In this document: positions 51,702 to 60,512 of the stretch, one piece after another | Numbering within the stretch: the first letter of the stretch is position 1 | How the letters are laid out: each line of letters starts with the position of its first letter | Assembly (NCBI GenBank): GCA_963922535.1 | Contig: CAWUIN010000002.1 | Span: forward strand, 16,957-80,956 | DNA: 64,000 bases | Direction of reading: 5' to 3' | Origin: an uncultured Hyphomicrobiaceae bacterium | GTDB lineage: Bacteria; Pseudomonadota; Alphaproteobacteria; Rhizobiales; Hyphomicrobiaceae | Notes under the pieces: model-generated | What the model was told of the DNA's origin: nothing | Seen by the model: only the letters and a program-made list of their open reading frames with translations | The model's database searches: none | Translations under genes and position numbers: made by a program

Positions 51702-52145
51702 GCCGAATTTCTTTTGTTATTGAAATATCGACTCAATTCATACCATGACGTCAGTAACCACATCGATAACATCGATGGGCAGTCTTGAATTTTGCCGTGG
51801 ATATGTTTTGACATTATCCCGGCATAAAATTTTTACAGGCTGTTATTACACAGACAGATAAAAAATCATCTGTTTCTGCATTCAAGATATACGTGCGTAT
51901 TTCTCCAAAGGATTCGGCCTCAAGTCAATGCTTAAATAAAAAATGCACAGCTCTTCTGCTTGTTCTTAAATAAGTATTAAATAATTTGCGAGATTGTGGC
52001 ATGTTTTTAATATCAGATTGGGAAAGGTGCTTTCCGGTCTGGACGGTATTATTTATAAGCCCAAATCTAAATCAGCTATGATCCGCCAGTCCATATCAAA
52101 ACAAAACGCAGAATTTCAATTCGCCTGTCATTAATATTCCACTAC

Positions 52146-52245
52146 GGGCACTCATCCAAATAAACGCTTCAATTTTAGTGAGAAATAACCCGCAATATGC
52201 GGCTTTGGCTTACGAAAATTGAAGCGTTTATTTAGGTGAGTGCCC
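52146..52245. repeat. PAL-A palindromic intergenic repeat, copy 1
   Basis: GGGCACTCATCCAAATAAACGCTTCAATTTT - 38 nt - AAAATTGAAGCGTTTATTTAGGTGAGTGCCC. The arms are about 31 bp with 2 mismatches. The right end abuts or overlaps the TAG stop (52245-52247) of the downstream minus-strand gene. Confidence 0.8.
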
Positions 52246-52703
52246 TACGCCTTGGACTTACATTTTCGGTTGCGCATTTCGCGCTTTAATTCGCGAGCAA
52301 CCTCGTCGCCAAGTATCGCGCCACGTGAAATAAGAGCAGGTGTCAACTGTGTATTGTTGGCCTCTCTAAGCCGGGCGCGTGCGCCCATGGCCTCGGTATA
52401 TCCGCGCTGCAACTGGTCGCAGGTGAGCGTTTTCTTTTTCATTTTGTATGCAAACAGGCGCACTCCGGATGCATCGGCATTGGCCGAGGCAGGCTGATCA
52501 ATCCACCGGGCTGAATCGTCTGCCAGTATTTGGTTAAGTGCCGTCCGGCGTTTTGCCATGCATTCAGCGCTGTCGTTGACGCAATTGAGGCCGAGACTGA
52601 GACTATCAGATTGCAGTTCTGGCTTTGCACAGCCAAAAATAAGCCCGCTCAGGCCGATAAAAACAAAAGCTAAACAGAATTTGCGGCAACATACGTTCGA
52701 CAT
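52245..52703 (-). CDS. hypothetical exported protein / possible lipoprotein
   Basis: The ATG at 52703 has AAGGA about 9 nt upstream. The N-terminus MSNVCCRKFCLAFVFIGLSGLIFGC carries an atypical lipobox (IFGC). No family was recognised. Confidence 0.55.
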   Translation of the reverse strand: MSNVCCRKFCLAFVFIGLSGLIFGCAKPELQSDSLSLGLNCVNDSAECMAKRRTALNQILADDSARWIDQPASANADASGVRLFAYKMKKKTLTCDQLQRGYTEAMGARARLREANNTQLTPALISRGAILGDEVARELKREMRNRKCKSKA

Positions 52704-52906
52704 TAGCAAACGTTCCTTCAAGCTGTCGACGGGACGGTGATTGCATAGAAAATTATCGAGACCAGCGTATGGCATTACAATATTATATCGTGTACGCCTT
52801 GTAATTATCCATGAGCTATTAGCGTTTGGCGCCCAGTAAGCGATTAAATGCCTGATTTAGCATAGCGCATTGGTTATTCCATAAAGTGTGGTGAAAGAAT
52901 ACGGCA

Positions 52907-53881
52907 ATGGTGAAGGCAATCCGCATCCATGAATACGGCGGTCCAGAGCAAATGCTATGGGAAGATATCGATGTTCCGGCGCCGGGCGATGGTGAAATCC
53001 ATGTCAAACACCACGCGATTGGCTTAAATTATATCGATACGTACCATCGTAGCGGACTTTACAGGCTTCCAAAGCTGCCCGCCATACTTGGCACCGAGGG
53101 AGCTGGCGAAATTGTTGCAGTGGGTGCTGGAGTCCGGGATCTGACCGTCGGAGATCGTATCGGCTACGCCAACCCAATAGGCAGTTATTGCCAGGAGCGC
53201 GTTATGCCGGCGGATCGCGCCGTCAAATTACCAGATACGATTGACTATTCTACCGCTGCAGCAATGATGCTGCAGGGCATGACAGTGCGTTACCTGCTGT
53301 GCCAGACTTATAAAGTCACAGCAGATACAACGATGCTGTTGCATGCCGCAGCAGGCGGCGTCGGGCTTATCGCCTGTCAATGGGCGAACCATCTTGGCGC
53401 AACGATCATTGGTACGGCTGGCTCGGATGAAAAATGCGCATTAGCGAAAGCTAACGGCGCAACCTATTGCATTAACTATAATACTGAGGATTTTGCCGCA
53501 CGCGTGAAGGAAATTACATCCGGCCAGGGATGCGATGTGGTTTATGATTCTATTGGTCAGGCAACGTGCCCGGCGTCGCTGGAGTGCCTCAAGCCACGCG
53601 GCTTGTTCGTCACATTCGGGAATGCCTCCGGGCCTATTACGAACTTTGATGTCAGTGCCTTGGCTTCCAGGGGATCGCTCTATATGACGCGCCCCACGCT
53701 GTTTCATTACGTCACAACCCGAAATGACTTGCTGTCCAATGCCAATGAGCTTTTTGAAATGGTGAGCCATGGACACGTTAAAATCCAGATCAGTCAAGCT
53801 TATCCGCTGGTAGACGTGCAGCAAGCGCATAGAGATCTTGAGGCACGCAGAACAATGGGCGCGACAGTGCTTATGCCATGA
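52907..53881 (+). CDS. qor: NADPH:quinone oxidoreductase (zeta-crystallin-like MDR)
   Basis: Starts MVKAIRIHEYGGPE.. and contains ..HAIGLNYIDTY.RSGLY.. and ..AAAGGVGL.A.QWA..LGA.VIGT... Confidence 0.9.
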   Translation: MVKAIRIHEYGGPEQMLWEDIDVPAPGDGEIHVKHHAIGLNYIDTYHRSGLYRLPKLPAILGTEGAGEIVAVGAGVRDLTVGDRIGYANPIGSYCQERVMPADRAVKLPDTIDYSTAAAMMLQGMTVRYLLCQTYKVTADTTMLLHAAAGGVGLIACQWANHLGATIIGTAGSDEKCALAKANGATYCINYNTEDFAARVKEITSGQGCDVVYDSIGQATCPASLECLKPRGLFVTFGNASGPITNFDVSALASRGSLYMTRPTLFHYVTTRNDLLSNANELFEMVSHGHVKIQISQAYPLVDVQQAHRDLEARRTMGATVLMP

Positions 53882-54182
53882 TCTTAGGAGACTACTTGGC
53901 GACCACGATAACTGCAGAGAAAACGACCGCGTTTACCACGACCAAAGCTTGCGTGAACAGCCAAAAATGTATCAAGTTCATGCAAGGTCTCAAAGCTTCA
54001 TGAACCGCCGCTGCGGCTTGGATGCCACGTCGCCAGCTTAATTACAACCATCCGGCGGCGGATCGCAACAAAACTCGCTAGAGTTTACCAGAAATATCCT
54101 TACTTTCGTCTCGTTTCCTGATCTTGAAAAGCCAATTGTAATGATCGAAAAGCAAGATTATTGAAATTCAAAGATATTCATT

Positions 54183-54701
54183 TTAATTAATTTGTTCATC
54201 TAGCTTTATAAGCTCACTCAAGTGTTTTCTAACTAAAGTGATGTTTGATTTAAATATAACATCAGGAGCTGTTCTGACAGCCTCTTCAAGCTCCTTCACA
54301 AGCTCACTGCGTTCGTTTTCCGGAATTGAATTATCTTCTTTGAGCGCGTTTAATTCTTCCAGCAAAGCTTTTCGAGGTTCAATAAAATCACCTGTTTCCG
54401 GATCAAAACCAGTCATGATAAATGATACAGTCTGAGCAACTTCATCAAGCTCTTCAAACGACTTGAAGCCATGTTTCAAAGCAACGCTCTCTAATTCGGC
54501 TATAAGCCTCGTGTCCGGCTTGTCACCAGCACCATTAATTTTTTCAAGTACATCATTTAAATCAGGATCTGCCTTGATATAGTTTTGAATAGTTTTATCC
54601 GTAAGTTTAATTTCCCTGAATTCATGTTGCGCAAATGCCGGCAGTGCAAAAAGAATAGCCATGGCGGTCAATGAGCAAAGTTGTATAAAAGAACGGATCA
54701 T
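54183..54701 (-). CDS. orphan secreted acidic helical protein in AT-rich islet
   Basis: The signal peptide MIRSFIQLCSLTAMAILFALPAFA-Q starts at the ATG at 54701 (GGAGA about 10 nt upstream), while the longest ORF starts at 54722. The mature part is rich in E, D, K and L. No family was recognised. Confidence 0.5.
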   Translation of the reverse strand: MIRSFIQLCSLTAMAILFALPAFAQHEFREIKLTDKTIQNYIKADPDLNDVLEKINGAGDKPDTRLIAELESVALKHGFKSFEELDEVAQTVSFIMTGFDPETGDFIEPRKALLEELNALKEDNSIPENERSELVKELEEAVRTAPDVIFKSNITLVRKHLSELIKLDEQIN

Positions 54702-54781
54702 TCCTGTTAGTCTCCAAGTCATTAATCTAGGTGTATTGTGTCACTTGCGTTATCACCAGCAATGTGCAGCGTCATGCAATT

Positions 54782-54797
54782 TTAAGTGTACACTTAA
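54782..54797. promoter_or_regulatory. perfect 16-bp palindrome TTAAGTGTACACTTAA upstream of the orphan secreted-protein gene
   Basis: The sequence is exactly self-complementary. It is centred about 65-90 nt upstream of the candidate start codons, in an AT-rich spacer. Confidence 0.35.
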
Positions 54798-55111
54798 TCA
54801 ACGCGAATTCTGTCCTATCAAAGGCCTGAAACTGAATAGCAGCATCTCAAAATCCATAACCATCGTAGATTGTTTGAGACAGGAGGAACAACCTCATCAG
54901 ATATTAATGGTTAAAATTATGATAGATAAACAACTTTGATGTCTCACAGAAGAAAGCGTCGGAAAAATTTTTATTAACCAAAATATTTTCAAGCTTGCAC
55001 AGCCTTTATTACAGTTGGATAGCTTTTGTCTCGCAGGCCGCTGAAATAAAAGCTTAGCACTCCTTAATCTATAAATCACATGCACATTGAGTCCTGTTTA
55101 GATAGCGTAAC

Positions 55112-55188
55112 AGAATAAACGCTTCAATTTTGATAATAATTGGACATGATGTGGGGCTTCGGCGCAGAAGATTGAAGCTTTTATTATG
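55112..55188. repeat. PAL-A repeat, degenerate copy 2
   Basis: AGAATAAACGCTTCAATTTT - 39 nt - AGATTGAAGCTTTTATTATG. The left arm matches copies 1 and 3, the right arm is decayed, and the loop contains GC-TTCG-GC. Confidence 0.5.
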
Positions 55189-55362
55189 CTCAAGCTTCTT
55201 AGCCAACCACGGGACGGTGTTTATATCTCCCGTGCCAGGCATTCTTGCTGCGGGCGGAAACCAGACTGCCGATTCGCCTGAAGCGCCTGACTGAGTGGAA
55301 GTTGCAGAAACACGCCCTGGATCAAGAGAGGCTGGCATATTTTTTAACTATCGCATTATTTC

Positions 55363-56829
55363 TTACGAATCGTCGCTGGATATCGGGTTTTGTTTATTGC
55401 CGGCCGTTACATCTCCAGGTGTTTCCTGCTCTGCATCAGCGGCCGACGCATCCGATTTATCTTTAGCTGCCGCATCGTGGCTCCGCGGCTTAACTTTTAC
55501 CATACTTCTGATGCTGCGCCCGGCGGCTATGGTGCCATCATTGGCGTAGGCTTCATGGTTCTTTTCGATATCTCCCAGGACATAGAGATAATTGACCATG
55601 AGGCCATGTGCCTGGCGCAAACCGCGGGAAGAAAGATCAGCCGGCCAGTTAATACGCTCCAGACGTGCACCGTTGCCGAGATGAAACCGTGCAACCGGAT
55701 CGACTGGTTGCCCCCGATTGTTCCTGGCATTGAGGAGGTATGCAGCTGCCAGAGCCTGCATCGATGGCTCCAGTTTGTCGACCAACGCCTCGTTGATCGC
55801 CCATTCACCGGCGCGTATAGTCGTTACAGTCTCCTGGGTTGACTCACCCAGTATATCACAATGTTCTGTATCTGCGAGGTTCTCAAGCCAACTGGCAAAA
55901 CCTGGCACCGGCGATAACGTGACGAACGTGCGCAACGATGGGCATTCACGTGAGAGTTCTTCAACCACCTGCTTGATCAGGAAATTGCCAAACGAAATGC
56001 CGCGCAAGCCATTCTGGCAATTGGATATGGAATAGAAGACTGCCGTTGTTGGCGCAGTTTCTTCTTCCAGCTTCGACGGTTCCAATGCAAGGACACTCGA
56101 AATATTAGCTGGTATCTCATTCATCAAGGCAACTTGTACGAAAATGAGCGGTTCATCCACCAGTGAAGGATGGAAGAATGCAAAACATCTGCGATCTGCA
56201 GGATTAAGCCGGCGACGCAGGTCATCCCAGCCGTTAATCTGATGGACAGCCTCATAGGCAATAATTTTATCAAGAATTGACGCCGGCGTATTCCAGTCGA
56301 TACGGCGCAGCACGAGAAACCCGCGATTAAACCATGACTGCAAGAGATGTTCGACATCGCGATCAATAATTCTCAGTTCCTCAAGATCAGGCTGTGTACG
56401 CATGAAGCCTATGAGATCGCTACGCATGCGCACAATTTCAGCCGTTCCTCCGGCCGCGCTATTAACACGACGGAAAAATTCCTGCAGCGGACTTGCGAGA
56501 CTGTTTTGCAGCTTTACAAGATTATCCGGGTTAGGTTTGCTCATGTATTCTTGAGCCGCAAGGCAGACCTTTTCCGTGTTGGGTTTGAGTGTGTTGGCGA
56601 GATAGCTGAAGAAACTGAGTTTGGCGTCCTGCGTTGACATTTCGTAATGGTGAGCAAGCTGACGCGCAATGGCAACGCCGGAAGCCTCGCCGCGTACGGA
56701 CATCAGCGCCTGAGCAAGTTCCTGCAATCCTTGTTCAGAACCATGGGGAAAAAAAGCACGCGGCAGAAAGATCCGGCTCTGGTCAGCAACGGTGTTAAGA
56801 AGTTCCTGCAAAAATTTAAAATTACTCAT
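55363..56829 (-). CDS. malonyl-CoA decarboxylase (MatA/MCD family)
   Basis: 488 aa with ..FFHPSLVDEPLIFV.VAL.., ..AVFYSISNCQ.GL.GISFGNFLIK.VV..L.. and ..RFHLGNGA.LERINW.AD.S..G.., typical of MCD. It has a low-complexity acidic C-terminal tail of about 40 aa. No matB or matC gene is adjacent. Confidence 0.85.
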   Translation of the reverse strand: MSNFKFLQELLNTVADQSRIFLPRAFFPHGSEQGLQELAQALMSVRGEASGVAIARQLAHHYEMSTQDAKLSFFSYLANTLKPNTEKVCLAAQEYMSKPNPDNLVKLQNSLASPLQEFFRRVNSAAGGTAEIVRMRSDLIGFMRTQPDLEELRIIDRDVEHLLQSWFNRGFLVLRRIDWNTPASILDKIIAYEAVHQINGWDDLRRRLNPADRRCFAFFHPSLVDEPLIFVQVALMNEIPANISSVLALEPSKLEEETAPTTAVFYSISNCQNGLRGISFGNFLIKQVVEELSRECPSLRTFVTLSPVPGFASWLENLADTEHCDILGESTQETVTTIRAGEWAINEALVDKLEPSMQALAAAYLLNARNNRGQPVDPVARFHLGNGARLERINWPADLSSRGLRQAHGLMVNYLYVLGDIEKNHEAYANDGTIAAGRSIRSMVKVKPRSHDAAAKDKSDASAADAEQETPGDVTAGNKQNPISSDDS

Positions 56830-56945
56830 GGAAATTCTCGTGCAATCTTTGATGACAATTGGATGTCAAGGCGCCGGATAGCATGAATGCGAACACAACC
56901 ATGGTCAAGATCGACCTATCAACCTGCATGTCGCAATATTAGGAC

Positions 56946-57036
56946 GCCTACCAAAATAAACGCTTCAATTTTCTAAGCCGAAGCGGCCTGTCGCGGGCCA
57001 CTTACGATCAAAATTGAAGCGTTTATTTTGGTGGGC
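56946..57036. repeat. PAL-A palindromic intergenic repeat, copy 3
   Basis: GCCTACCAAAATAAACGCTTCAATTTT - 37 nt - AAAATTGAAGCGTTTATTTTGGTGGGC (27-bp arms, 1 mismatch). It lies between the phasin stop and the MCD start, which are on the same strand. Confidence 0.8.
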
Positions 57037-57066
57037 ACCCTGAGATCGATTATCTTGGCCAGAAAT

Positions 57067-57441
57067 TCAGGTATCAGGCTTTGCCTTGTGCGTCATACCA
57101 GTCATTATTTTGCCCATTTCATCGGCCTGTTCCTGATAGGCTTTTATAGCCTTCTCAGCGTGGCGATTCTGGATTTCCACGCATTCTTTAATATCCTTCG
57201 CCTTTGCAAGTTCGGAAAGGAATGCGAAACCAGCTTCCATATTTTGTTCAGCATACGATATTGCTCTAGCCTGAACTTCGTGCGCGTCCGCGGCGGCAGT
57301 TCCCGATGTTTGCTGCATTGCCGACTGAGCCTGGCGCGCTGCGTCCATGAATTGTTCATAGACGTTTTTGGCGAGTTCGACGTTTTTTTCCGCCATTTGA
57401 CGAACGGCTTCCGGGACCTCGAAATCCTCGATGTTTTTCAT
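57067..57441 (-). CDS. phasin (PHA granule-associated protein)
   Basis: MKNIEDFEVPEAVRQMAEKNVELAKNVYEQFMDAARQAQ.. is an all-helical phasin_2-like protein. GGAGA lies 5 nt upstream of the ATG at 57441. Confidence 0.85.
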   Translation of the reverse strand: MKNIEDFEVPEAVRQMAEKNVELAKNVYEQFMDAARQAQSAMQQTSGTAAADAHEVQARAISYAEQNMEAGFAFLSELAKAKDIKECVEIQNRHAEKAIKAYQEQADEMGKIMTGMTHKAKPDT

Positions 57442-57717
57442 AGAGTTCTCCTGCATTGGAATTAATATATGCGATTTTGTGATATATTGGCAGTATATTA
57501 AATCTCTCGCAATCTTTGATCACTTTTCTTCTGAATGGTGTTAAATATGAATTGCAAGGTAAATGCGATCAAAATGGAAAACAAGTCAGAGACTGCCCGC
57601 ATTGGGTGAAATACCAAACCGATGACTTGGAAATATTGTCATAAATGTAACCTCATCCGGCAGGGCCTGGTAAACGTGAACGAAAAAAGAACGCAATACA
57701 TCCAACGTATCAAGAAA

Positions 57718-58413
57718 ATGTTCACTCCCGCCAATACTTGCGGTGCTCAATCTTTGCCCACTTCTCTGAGCGCTACGGAACGCCACAAACTGGCCCACGA
57801 ACTGCGTACGTCGTTTGGTGTTATTCTGGCGCGTGTGGATGCGCTGCTGCAGACAAGCATGAGTAAACACACCGAAATTCACCGCACGTCCTACCTGGAA
57901 GAAATCCGCCTTGCGGCAAATCATGCTCTCGAAGTTATCGATAAAACCACCAGCGATCCGGACGATAATGCTACTGATCCTCTTCCTTACACCGATCTTT
58001 ACGATAACGTGCTGCAGGCCATCGCGCTTGTTGAAATACAGGCGCAGGATGCTGGCGTTAAAATTTCAATCGATACTCTGGATGACCTGATATCTGTGCG
58101 CGCAAAACCTTCCGCACTTCGGCAAATCTTGATTAATATACTTGTCAACGCAATCAAATTTACCCCCGACGGCGGCAAGATTGACGTCGGCATAAGTGTC
58201 GCAAACCAGACCTGTACAATCGCGATACGCGATAATGGAATTGGCATTGCTCCCGCCGAGCTTGCGCGGATAAGAAATACACGCTCAGGTCATGGTTATG
58301 GATACAGTATTGCCAATTCTCTGGCCGCTGCTTGCGGTGGCGAACTTTCAGTTGAAAGCCAGCGCAACGTTGGCACAACTGTATCGTTAACTTTTGCGCG
58401 GCAAACCAGCTGA
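57718..58413 (+). CDS. soluble minimal histidine kinase (DHp + CA only)
   Basis: H-box (LAHELRTSFGVILARVDAL), N-box (ILVNAIKFTPDGG), G1 (IRDNGIGI) and G2 (GHGYGYSIA). There is no TM or sensor domain. The start is ambiguous (ATG at 57718 or 57622) and neither candidate has a good SD. Confidence 0.75.
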   Translation: MFTPANTCGAQSLPTSLSATERHKLAHELRTSFGVILARVDALLQTSMSKHTEIHRTSYLEEIRLAANHALEVIDKTTSDPDDNATDPLPYTDLYDNVLQAIALVEIQAQDAGVKISIDTLDDLISVRAKPSALRQILINILVNAIKFTPDGGKIDVGISVANQTCTIAIRDNGIGIAPAELARIRNTRSGHGYGYSIANSLAAACGGELSVESQRNVGTTVSLTFARQTS

Positions 58414-58581
58414 CGGGAAAATTCGCCTCTGCCGGCTTAGCTTGGCAACCGACGAGAGGGCCTCACGGAGAGGCCGTTTGTTGTCCGAAAACTAAACGAT
58501 CCGGATCGATTATTATTTCCGTTTTCCTTTGAAAAACAAACGGCCGGGTTTAATCATCAAGCGTCGGACGTCTTATCGTCT

Positions 58582-59277
58582 TTATTCAACTTTGAGCAAT
58601 TCAACTTCAAAGATCAGCGCCGCTGCCGGGGGAATATCAGATCCTGCACCATTATTTCCATAGGCGAGTTCGGCTGGGCAAACCAGACGGCTTTTGCCTC
58701 CAACCTTCATCAATTGCAATCCTTCAGTCCAGCATTTGATGACACCGTTCAAAGGAAAAGTTGCGGGCTGCCCGCGCTTAATTGAGCTGTCGAAAACGGT
58801 ACCATCTATCAGCGTGCCCTGATAATGCACAGTTACTTTGTCTGTTGCTTTTGGCGACACACCTGTCCCAGATTTTAACTCTGTAATAATCAGCCCGGAT
58901 GAAGTTGTTTTCGCACTTGGCTCTTCTGCTTCTTGTTTGAGAAACGCCGCACTTAACACCGTCTGACGTTTAATTGTGGCAGATTTTGCTGCGTTTTGTT
59001 TTTCTGCCAGCAAGGGCTGGACTTCTGCGGCCCATTTTTCCATCTCAATCTGCGGCTCGCGCTGCAAAACAGAATCCTTCATGGCTTCGGTTATAATTTC
59101 TATTTCTTCTTCTGAGAAACCAAACTTATGCCATTCCCGCGTAACAGCGTAGCCAAACGTATAAAGGGTCTTCTGTTCGTCTGTTTCTAAGTTTTCATGC
59201 GCCTGGGCAGATATTGCCTGTCCCCATATGATGATAATAGAAATAATCGCAAGCCAAGAATTGTTGCAGGAATTCAT
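58582..59277 (-). CDS. periplasmic FKBP-type peptidyl-prolyl isomerase (FkpA-like)
   Basis: Signal peptide, N-terminal helical dimerisation region, and an FKBP core (VTVHYQGTLIDGTVFDSS..RGQPATFPLNGVIKCWTEGLQLMKVGGKSRLVCPAELAYG). Confidence 0.9.
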   Translation of the reverse strand: MNSCNNSWLAIISIIIIWGQAISAQAHENLETDEQKTLYTFGYAVTREWHKFGFSEEEIEIITEAMKDSVLQREPQIEMEKWAAEVQPLLAEKQNAAKSATIKRQTVLSAAFLKQEAEEPSAKTTSSGLIITELKSGTGVSPKATDKVTVHYQGTLIDGTVFDSSIKRGQPATFPLNGVIKCWTEGLQLMKVGGKSRLVCPAELAYGNNGAGSDIPPAAALIFEVELLKVE

Positions 59278-59413
59278 CGTTAAAGTTCCTTGTGGGGTCT
59301 GCAGTTACATGATGAAAGTCATATGGATTTTGCTTTATTGCAGCCGGCATGCCTGGAAGGCGGCGCTGGCGCTTGTTGCTGACGCTATACTGCACTTGAA
59401 CTCACTTATTCAG

Positions 59414-60130
59414 CTATTCAGCAGTCTTGTCAGCAGAATTACCCAAATCATTTGGACTTGTAACGTGATCCTCTTTAGGGATTGCACTGCGTGTGCGCCG
59501 CACCGGCCGTTTTAGAAAATCCGGAGGGCTGTCCTGCTTTGAAAAGGCATCCTGTTTTCCGCTGTTATTTGCCAGCACCTCGCCATTGCCTTCAAAGTTG
59601 CCTGCTGGCGCGTTCTCGCGCTGCGCCTCATCGCGGCGAGGGCGCGGACTGCGTATCCCGTTTCCGCGCCGCGGCCGACGTTCCCGACGTTCTGTTCGAA
59701 TTTCTGCAGGGCCGTCCTCGGCACCTTCACCATTGACGTTATCCTGCATGATCACGGATTGCGGCTGCTGATATCCAGAATCCTCTTGAAAATCCTGTAA
59801 ATCTTCGGCGTCCAGTTGCTCACTTGCATCCTGAGAGCGATGCCGGCCTTCGCTACTACCGTTAAGCCCTTCACTGGACGGAGATTGTTGCTCACGATAT
59901 GACATTATAATACGGTTATAGTGCTCTGCATGCTGAAGGTAATTCTCGGCAAGTACGGGATCTCCTGAAGCCAGGGCATCACGCGCAAGTGAAACATACT
60001 TTTCTGCGATATGCGATGGCGTCCCGCGAATTTTTATGTCCGGTCCACTTGACTCAAAGCTGCGAGTGAGAGGGTTCTGGCCCTTGCGGTTACGACCGCG
60101 ACCACGGCGATTCTGTTGTCCTTGCCTCAT
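59414..60130 (-). CDS. DUF4167 domain protein
   Basis: MRQGQQNRRGRGRNRKGQNPLTRSFESSGPDIKIRGTPSHIAEKYVSLARDA..GDPVLAENYLQHAEHYNRI is the conserved DUF4167 N-terminus (ATG at 60130). The C-terminal half is low-complexity. Confidence 0.85.
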   Translation of the reverse strand: MRQGQQNRRGRGRNRKGQNPLTRSFESSGPDIKIRGTPSHIAEKYVSLARDALASGDPVLAENYLQHAEHYNRIIMSYREQQSPSSEGLNGSSEGRHRSQDASEQLDAEDLQDFQEDSGYQQPQSVIMQDNVNGEGAEDGPAEIRTERRERRPRRGNGIRSPRPRRDEAQRENAPAGNFEGNGEVLANNSGKQDAFSKQDSPPDFLKRPVRRTRSAIPKEDHVTSPNDLGNSADKTAE

Positions 60131-60512
60131 AGGCTCCGTTCTCAATCAATAAATTTGTTTTTCTCATACACCAGCTTACGATGGCAAGATTACTGCCATC
60201 GCAAAACACACCAACATATTTGGAAGCTGGTCATTCAACCATATTGCTCGCCATGATCTTTTCGCTCATTGCAGCGATATTGCATCTAAAGCTATGAATC
60301 ATTCAGCACATTTAACTATGATCTTTAGCTTTTAGATTGCCAAAGCATTCAATGATGTCTGCAAATTTGAACGATTGCCGATGTAGTGCAGTTCGATTTT
60401 CACATGCTAAAGCGGCGGTGTCGCACGCGATCAAGACGTGCATGTGTTCCCTTTGCCTGATAATGACCGTAGCGGAATGTTAATCCGATTCCAACACTTT
60501 TTCACCTTAGCC

